Shown: piece after piece, positions 58,234-64,000 of the stretch | Position numbering within the stretch: the first letter of the stretch is position 1 | How the letters are laid out: every line of letters begins with the position of its first letter | Translations under genes and position numbers: made by a program | Source: a virus | Lineage: Duplodnaviria > Caudoviricetes | Direction: 5' to 3' (one strand) | Virus record (IMG/VR): IMGVR_UViG_3300013105_000843 | Coordinates: 1-64,000 of that record | DNA length: 64,000 nt | Notes under the pieces: generated by a model | What the model saw: the letters and a program-made list of their open reading frames with translations, nothing else | Databases searched by the model: none | Told to the model about the DNA's origin: nothing

Positions 58234-58327
58234 GGCCTAAATCTCCTGGAGAGTGGCGCTAGTATACTCATTTAATCACACAACGCAAGTTAAAGATTGG
58301 AAAATCCCAGGCAATCACGGTGCGATT

Positions 58328-58903
58328 TCAGACCGGCGCGCGCCACTGCTGGCGACGGTGCCGCTTCCAGTTGCGGTCGTCACGAGCGGCTACCCCGAAA
58401 TCATCGTAGTCACTCGGCAGGTTCCGGAAGCTGCGTTTGGCGCGCGGCGCCGGTTCGTCCGCCACCACCTGCGCGAGGCGTCGCTCGTTGAGCGTGCCCG
58501 GCCGGCGGAAGTAGTGCCCCCCGCGCGGGCGGCGGACAAACGGCACCGGGCCGATGCCATTCCAGTTCGCCCACACACGGTCGCGGCGGCTCCGCCAGCC
58601 CGGGCGTCGCGAGAGCAGCGGCTTGAAGTCGTCTGCAGTGAGCGACTCGCCGAAGTCGCCGCGCATGATGTAGCGCGACTCGGTGTAGACCGGCTCCGTG
58701 AACCAGCGCAGCCGCCCGGTCAGCGGGTCCTGGACCGGGTAGCGCGCCGCGCGCGAAAACATGCGGAAGTCTGCCGCGACGTGGTTGCACATCCAGCGAT
58801 AGCCGAGCTGGCGAAGGGCGTCGGACATCGACGCGAAGACGCGGACCTCGCCGTCGCGGGAAAACAGCGTGACGGCGGGCTCGTGGGCCTTGATGACATG
58901 CAT
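58328..58903 (-). CDS. Hypothetical Arg-rich phage-like protein
   Basis: AGGAG RBS, LPSDYDD...RNWKRHRRQQW. Confidence 0.75.
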   Translation of the reverse strand: MHVIKAHEPAVTLFSRDGEVRVFASMSDALRQLGYRWMCNHVAADFRMFSRAARYPVQDPLTGRLRWFTEPVYTESRYIMRGDFGESLTADDFKPLLSRRPGWRSRRDRVWANWNGIGPVPFVRRPRGGHYFRRPGTLNERRLAQVVADEPAPRAKRSFRNLPSDYDDFGVAARDDRNWKRHRRQQWRAPV

Positions 58904-59103
58904 GGTGGGGCTCCTAGAGAAAGTCTCTAGTGCCCGTGCAGTGCAATGTAATTGCGGTAGGTCATGAAGAAGGCGGCGCAGCGAGGGCGGGTTGTTTCAA
59001 TGGAGTATACGTTATAATTGAAATATGGCAAGTTTAGCTGCGCCACATAGAAGAAAGCCCACCATGGTAGGCGGGCTTTCGTGAGGTATTGCGAGACAGT
59101 GCC

Positions 59104-59373
59104 CTATGCCTGCGGATTCGACGCCGCGGCGATGCGCCGGATGTGCTCCCGGTCCGCGAGCGCGGCATAGGCGCCTCGCGCGACACCATCGAGCAGCGAC
59201 ACGGCCACCCAAACCGTGCTGTCTTTCGACCACACGACCTTGCGCGGCTCTATCTTGTCCACCGCCCACATGTTGCCGACGCACGGTTCACGGCCCTCGT
59301 TCAGCGTGTGGAAGAGCTGGACAGCGAGCTTACAGGCCTGGGTCGGGTTGTCGACCGGAAACTGACCGGACAC
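59104..59373 (-). CDS. Hypothetical protein
   Basis: 89 aa, followed by a terminator hairpin. Confidence 0.55.
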   Translation of the reverse strand: MSGQFPVDNPTQACKLAVQLFHTLNEGREPCVGNMWAVDKIEPRKVVWSKDSTVWVAVSLLDGVARGAYAALADREHIRRIAAASNPQA

Positions 59374-59376
59374 GGC

Positions 59377-59646
59377 TCAGTGCAAGGTCGCTTCGTAGCG
59401 GTCGGTCAGCACCTGGACAGCACGCAGGGTTTCGACCACCAGCCTGTTGCGGGTGTTGGTCTCGACGTCGTAGTGCTGCTCGATGAGGTCGGCAAACTCG
59501 TCGAGCCGGTATTCACGCGGGGGCTGGCTCGACAGCAGGAAGCCGTAGGCCTCGATGGCGAAGTCGACCAGATGCCCCTGGATGGATATGGCGCGCACGC
59601 TCGTGCGGCAGATAGCCCGGGCGGGCGTAACAGTCAGGATGTTCAT
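59377..59646 (-). CDS. Hypothetical protein
   Basis: GAGGA RBS. Confidence 0.6.
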   Translation of the reverse strand: MNILTVTPARAICRTSVRAISIQGHLVDFAIEAYGFLLSSQPPREYRLDEFADLIEQHYDVETNTRNRLVVETLRAVQVLTDRYEATLH

Positions 59647-59730
59647 GATGTGTCCTCGGTTGTATTTCGGGAACTGCGCACGGTATAGCGCGACCGAGGG
59701 CACCAGGTGAGTGGAGGAGGACCCCCTGTA

Positions 59731-59988
59731 TCAATCTGCTGCTGTGTTGGAATCTGACGGGTGCAGCCGGTCGAAGGCGGCCTTGGGGTTCTCTGCGGCC
59801 AGGTCAGCCAGCTCCGGGGCGAGCGCCTTCAGCGCGTTCCAAGCCCAGGCGCGGTGCTTGTGTGCGCATTCGCGAAAATACTGGATGGCGACCAGCTCGC
59901 GAAGGCAAGTGGTCAGGGCATCATCGGTCAGCGGCGGAATCTCCGCGCGCGGCACATATTCGACGCCATCGATGACGACGGTCGGCAT
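59731..59988 (-). CDS. Hypothetical protein
   Basis: MPTVVIDGVEYVP. Confidence 0.65.
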   Translation of the reverse strand: MPTVVIDGVEYVPRAEIPPLTDDALTTCLRELVAIQYFRECAHKHRAWAWNALKALAPELADLAAENPKAAFDRLHPSDSNTAAD

Positions 59989-59991
59989 GAG

Positions 59992-60252
59992 TCACTTCCC
60001 GGAAAGCTGCTTCACCGAAACCTGGGCCGGAGCGGGTGTCAGGTGCCGGACCGGGAGACTGAAGAGTCCCTTGTCCGTGGTGATGGAGCACGCGGCGTGT
60101 ACCTGGCAGGCCTGAACGTCGGCCAGTTCGAGCTGGCCGCCGACATAAACCGCGAGCCACAGGACGCCGACCACCGCGGCGACCTTGAGTCCCAGCTGAA
60201 ACATGAGGATGTCCGCGAACAGTTCGCTCAGCAAATCGAGTACTTCAACCAT
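59992..60252 (-). CDS. Hypothetical membrane protein
   Basis: GGAG RBS, one TM segment. Confidence 0.55.
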   Translation of the reverse strand: MVEVLDLLSELFADILMFQLGLKVAAVVGVLWLAVYVGGQLELADVQACQVHAACSITTDKGLFSLPVRHLTPAPAQVSVKQLSGK

Positions 60253-60298
60253 GTCGTGCTCCCAGGCTTTCGCCGAAGGTGGTGTGTGCCGCGCAGGG

Positions 60299-60673
60299 TC
60301 AGGCCATCACGCGGTGCAGGTACGGCAGTCCGAAGGCGAAGAAGGCGCCCGCCGCGTAGACCGCGAGCGAGGCCAGATACGTAATGCGCGAAATGCGCTT
60401 GTAGCGCGCGCAGGCGGCAGCGAGACGCTTGTCGACGGGACAGGCCGCGGGCCGCAGCTGCCACAAACCGCCCGCGAGCAGCATGACGAGCGCGCCGCCG
60501 AACACCAGCCCCTTGTGCATCGAAATCCAGACGAGTTGCGGCACGGCCGACACCAGCGCCGCGAGCGTGGCGCCGGCGCCCAGACTGATAAGCAGTGCCG
60601 GCAGCGCGCAGCACACCAGTGTCGAGCTGCTGGTGGCCAGCGCGAGCCACATGAATCGGGTTTCTCCCTTCAT
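60299..60673 (-). CDS. MerT-like heavy-metal transporter
   Basis: SSTLVCCALPALL, three TMs, cytoplasmic Cys pair. Confidence 0.8.
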   Translation of the reverse strand: MKGETRFMWLALATSSSTLVCCALPALLISLGAGATLAALVSAVPQLVWISMHKGLVFGGALVMLLAGGLWQLRPAACPVDKRLAAACARYKRISRITYLASLAVYAAGAFFAFGLPYLHRVMA

Positions 60674-60680
60674 GGCCGCC

Positions 60681-61007
60681 TCAGCACGACAGGTCGCGAG
60701 CCTCGGCGAGGCTCATGTTGGTAGGCTTGACCGACTTCATCGTGAAGCCATTTGACTGCAGCGTGAGGCCCAGGCTCAGTTCATTGACGTGCGCCCCGGG
60801 TGCCATCTCGAGGAAGAGGAGCCCGCATTCAAGGCGCGGCAGAACCTCTTCCGCTCCAGACATATGCTTGAGCTGGGCCTTCATCGCGTCGCTGCACAGC
60901 GCGCAGTTGAGCCCCTGCAGCGAAACCTCGACCGTGCCGGCCATAGCTGCGGCCGACATTGCAAGCGCCGCCAGCATGAGACCGGCGCGAAGCTGTTTGG
61001 TGAACAT
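60681..61007 (-). CDS. Periplasmic heavy-metal-associated (MerP-like) protein
   Basis: Signal peptide and GLNCALC (GxxCxxC). Confidence 0.75.
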   Translation of the reverse strand: MFTKQLRAGLMLAALAMSAAAMAGTVEVSLQGLNCALCSDAMKAQLKHMSGAEEVLPRLECGLLFLEMAPGAHVNELSLGLTLQSNGFTMKSVKPTNMSLAEARDLSC

Positions 61008-61105
61008 GACAACCTGCTCGAATGAAAGTAGTGGATGTATATCGCCACGGAGAGTTGATGCCTGCGTCGAATTCGCGCCGCGCGCTATCGCTGTCTGCAT
61101 GCGCA

Positions 61106-61486
61106 TTACAGCCCGAACAGGCGCCCCAGGACCGAACGGCTGAAGCATGCCCGCCCTTCTTGTTCGACCTGTTTCTGATAGGCGGAAGCGCGCGCCATGA
61201 CCTCGGCCTTGCTCGGGCCGCACAGATTTTCGATGGGCTCCTCGACCGGCACGCGCGTCGAACGATTCACCCGGGTCCCGTAGGCACAGTATTCGAGCTT
61301 GCCGCGCGCGTCGCTCGGAATCACGAGGATGAACTGCAGTTCCGCCGCCTTGGAAGCCTTTTCCGGGCAGCCCGAGAAGCCATAGGCGATAAAGCCGACG
61401 ACCAGCGCCACTAAACCGCAAAGCTGCACGCGCCATGCAAGTCGCAGATTCCCCTCAGACAACCGGTTGGTGGCGTCGTCCGTCAT
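61106..61486 (-). CDS. Hypothetical membrane-anchored protein
   Basis: Follows smpB, one TM segment. Confidence 0.6.
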   Translation of the reverse strand: MTDDATNRLSEGNLRLAWRVQLCGLVALVVGFIAYGFSGCPEKASKAAELQFILVIPSDARGKLEYCAYGTRVNRSTRVPVEEPIENLCGPSKAEVMARASAYQKQVEQEGRACFSRSVLGRLFGL

Positions 61487-61487
61487 G

Positions 61488-61937
61488 TCACATCTCCCCG
61501 CGCGCTGCGGCGCGTGCCAGGTCGCGTTGCTTGAGCGTTTCGCGCTTGTCGTGTTGCTTCTTGCCGCGGGCAAGGCCAATCACGAGCTTCAACGTGCGCC
61601 GGCGCACCACTGCGAGCGGCACGACCGTGTAGCCTCGCTCGGCGACCTTGCGGCCGAGCTTCTCCAGCTCGTGCTTTGTCAGCAGCAGCTTGCGCAGCCG
61701 ATTGGGCTCGCGCGGCGTGAGCAGGCCCTGGTGATGTTCCAGCAGCGGCGTGATAGTCATGGCGTCGAGAAATGCCTCGCCGCCAGTGAAACGGATGAAT
61801 GCGCCGCCGCCGTTGAAATTGGCGCGGCCGCCGAGCATCGCCTTGACCTCCCACCCCTCGAGCACGAGCCCGGCTTCGAGCGTGTCCTCGATGGTGTACA
61901 GATGGCGAGCCTGGCGATTTTCGATTACGGTCGTCAT
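61488..61937 (-). CDS. smpB: SsrA-binding protein
   Basis: NRQARHLY, EAGLVLEGWEVK, RKLLL, GYTVVPL, ARGKKQHDKR. Confidence 0.96.
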   Translation of the reverse strand: MTTVIENRQARHLYTIEDTLEAGLVLEGWEVKAMLGGRANFNGGGAFIRFTGGEAFLDAMTITPLLEHHQGLLTPREPNRLRKLLLTKHELEKLGRKVAERGYTVVPLAVVRRRTLKLVIGLARGKKQHDKRETLKQRDLARAAARGEM

Positions 61938-62096
61938 CGAAGTCTGCCCTGCGTGCTTTTGCTGTTGTTTGCGTTAACGAATAGTATATTCGTTAAATGC
62001 GATATCGGCAAGTATTGGGCGAAGCGCAAACGCCCCGGCGGTCCGGGGCTCAAGGTTAGGCAGGGAACGCGGTTGGATGCCGTGTGCGGCTGTCGG

Positions 62097-62831
62097 TCAG
62101 CCTGGCATCTGGTGCGAGGACAGCGCTGCGGTCATCGCATCGTACATCCTGAGGGCATCCTGGATATTGTTCCGGAATTGCCCGGTCATGAACTGGTCGA
62201 CGGTCACGTAGCCCTTTTTCCCGCTAATGCGGATGACAATCTTCGAATCCGGGTGGATTTTGCGCAGGCCTTCGATATCGTCGGGCGTGGCAACGAAGTC
62301 GTACCGTTCGGTGACGCCGCCAGGCAGCTGGTCAGTGTCAACCCGAATATTCTTGAAATCGCGCGAGAAAACCACTTCACCATCGACCATCACGGCCACC
62401 TGTTCCATGAAAAGCCAGCCGTTCGGGCCAAAGTAGTATGGCTTCATGACCAGGACGGGCATCTTGCCATCGCGCAGGGAGATGTAGGTCTCGAGGGACG
62501 TGTCAATTTCCAGCTGGACACCCGGCGTGTAGAAGCGCAGATTTCGGAACGCATCGCGTTTTCCGAACGCCAGTGCACGTGGTATCCGTTTCGAGGCGGG
62601 AGGAAACTCGAAGTACGCGAGAAAGCTGGTGACGCCGTCCTTCTCGTCCTTACGCTGTTTCTCCTGGTAGACGCTGCCGAGCGCTCTCGTCCAGTCGGCC
62701 ATCGTGGGCGGCGGCGCGGCCGGAGCGACGGCCGCCGCGGGAGACCCCGAAGCAGCCTGCGCTACGGGTTTTGAGCATCCACCTAACGCGAATACAGCCA
62801 GCACGGCCACCACAATCGGCGTCTTCATCAC
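62097..62831 (-). CDS. Putative lipoprotein
   Basis: Lipobox LGGC. Confidence 0.75.
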   Translation of the reverse strand: MMKTPIVVAVLAVFALGGCSKPVAQAASGSPAAAVAPAAPPPTMADWTRALGSVYQEKQRKDEKDGVTSFLAYFEFPPASKRIPRALAFGKRDAFRNLRFYTPGVQLEIDTSLETYISLRDGKMPVLVMKPYYFGPNGWLFMEQVAVMVDGEVVFSRDFKNIRVDTDQLPGGVTERYDFVATPDDIEGLRKIHPDSKIVIRISGKKGYVTVDQFMTGQFRNNIQDALRMYDAMTAALSSHQMPG

Positions 62832-62943
62832 CCCTCTCCCCGTTTTTGTTGCCTGCGGAGCGTCTTAGGCCCCTTTCAGTTGACAAAAGCGTAGCGCAGG
62901 ATTGAGGGCTTGCAAAGCCGGGTTGGGCCTCATACGGCGGAGT

Positions 62944-62980
62944 AAAACAAAACGCCCCGGCTTTGGACCAGGGCGTTTTG
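62944..62980 (-). terminator. Terminator of the tmRNA gene
   Basis: AAAACGCCCTGG...CCGGGGCGTTTT followed by GTTTT. Confidence 0.8.
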
Positions 62981-62984
62981 CGCG

Positions 62985-63255
62985 ACTTTGGGCGACCGGG
63001 CAATCGCGGCCCGGTGGCAGTTTAGGCAACTGCCAGATAACGGCTGTCGTTAGCAGTTATTTTTTGCGTCTTTCGCCGCGCGAAACGCGCCGCCGGGCAT
63101 GCGCCTGCCCTCGTTGCCGCCTTTGCCTTCATGCGCTGTCAAAACCTGTCAGCCCCATCACATGCACACCTGAGACAGATGCGCAGGTGGTGGAGCTGGC
63201 GAGGAACTCGAACCCCACTTCCAACACACGTCAACTCTGGAGGAGTTACAACGAT
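62985..63255 (-). ncRNA. ssrA: Circularly permuted two-piece tmRNA
   Basis: Acceptor piece ending GGTTCGAG...CAGCTCCACCA (63188) precedes the coding piece starting GGGGCTG (63156). Tag ANDSRYLAVA* at 63054-63022. Confidence 0.9.
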
Positions 63256-63261
63256 TGAATG

Positions 63262-63290
63262 AGTATATCTCTAATATCGCAAAATGGCAA
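63262..63290 (-). promoter_or_regulatory. Sigma70 promoter of ssrA
   Basis: TTGCCA-N17-TATACT. Confidence 0.75.
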
Positions 63291-63292
63291 CA

Positions 63293-63592
63293 TTATCGTG
63301 CGGCCTCTGCGTGCGGAGAAGCCAGTTCTTCCATCCATTCGAGCCGTTCGAGCGCCTCCTCCCCGACGAGCGAAGGTGTCACGATGAACTCCGGGGCGTA
63401 GTGGTCGCCGTTGTCGCGCACAAAGATGAAGCCCGCATTTTCGAGGAGGCGCGCGGCCGTCGAGACCTGCTTCCTGGTCAGCTGCTGTTCAGCCACGCAC
63501 TCCTCCAGCAGGCGCCGCGCGTGACCACCGAGCCCGCGCAACACCACAGCGGATGCGCGAGCGTCTTCCTCGGTTTCGTGCGCCAGCAGCAT
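63293..63592 (-). CDS. Hypothetical winged-helix-like protein
   Basis: LENAGFI...TPSLVGEEAL. Confidence 0.55.
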   Translation of the reverse strand: MLLAHETEEDARASAVVLRGLGGHARRLLEECVAEQQLTRKQVSTAARLLENAGFIFVRDNGDHYAPEFIVTPSLVGEEALERLEWMEELASPHAEAAR

Positions 63593-63606
63593 GACAGCGT
63601 TCTGGC

Positions 63607-64000
<394 letters not shown>

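Noticed and set aside
60299-61007. Mercury resistance operon
   Set aside because: Only MerT/MerP-like genes are present; there is no merA or merR in the window, so metal specificity is unknown.

Overview
GC-rich, Betaproteobacteria-like (Burkholderiaceae-like) segment of a large mobile element, most likely a conjugative megaplasmid/ICE or phage-plasmid. It carries a TraD-type coupling protein, traT and an ArdC-like gene, and no virion genes were seen. The main feature is a translation support module. (1) A ~10.7 kb minus-strand array (7485-18183) holds about 40 tRNA and tRNA-like genes covering all 20 amino acids. (2) The array is headed by a promoter, a 60-codon leader peptide using all 20 amino acids, and a terminator/antiterminator pair. 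(3) Inside the array are two very large structured ncRNAs (GOLLD-like and ROOL-like), four copies of an unrecognised small RNA bounded by CGGAGUAG...UGAAAC, several non-canonical tRNA-like RNAs, and two nucleases. (4) Outside the array are an RF1-type release factor interrupted by a prfB-style CTT-TGA-C +1 frameshift site, a circularly permuted two-piece tmRNA and smpB. The rest of the window has DNA and nucleotide metabolism genes (dut, tdk, dNMP kinase, 5'-nucleotidase, UDG, rnhA, parE/parC, ligA 3' end), a few envelope and metal-related genes, and many phage-like hypotheticals. All calls were made by eye from motifs; no database searches were run.
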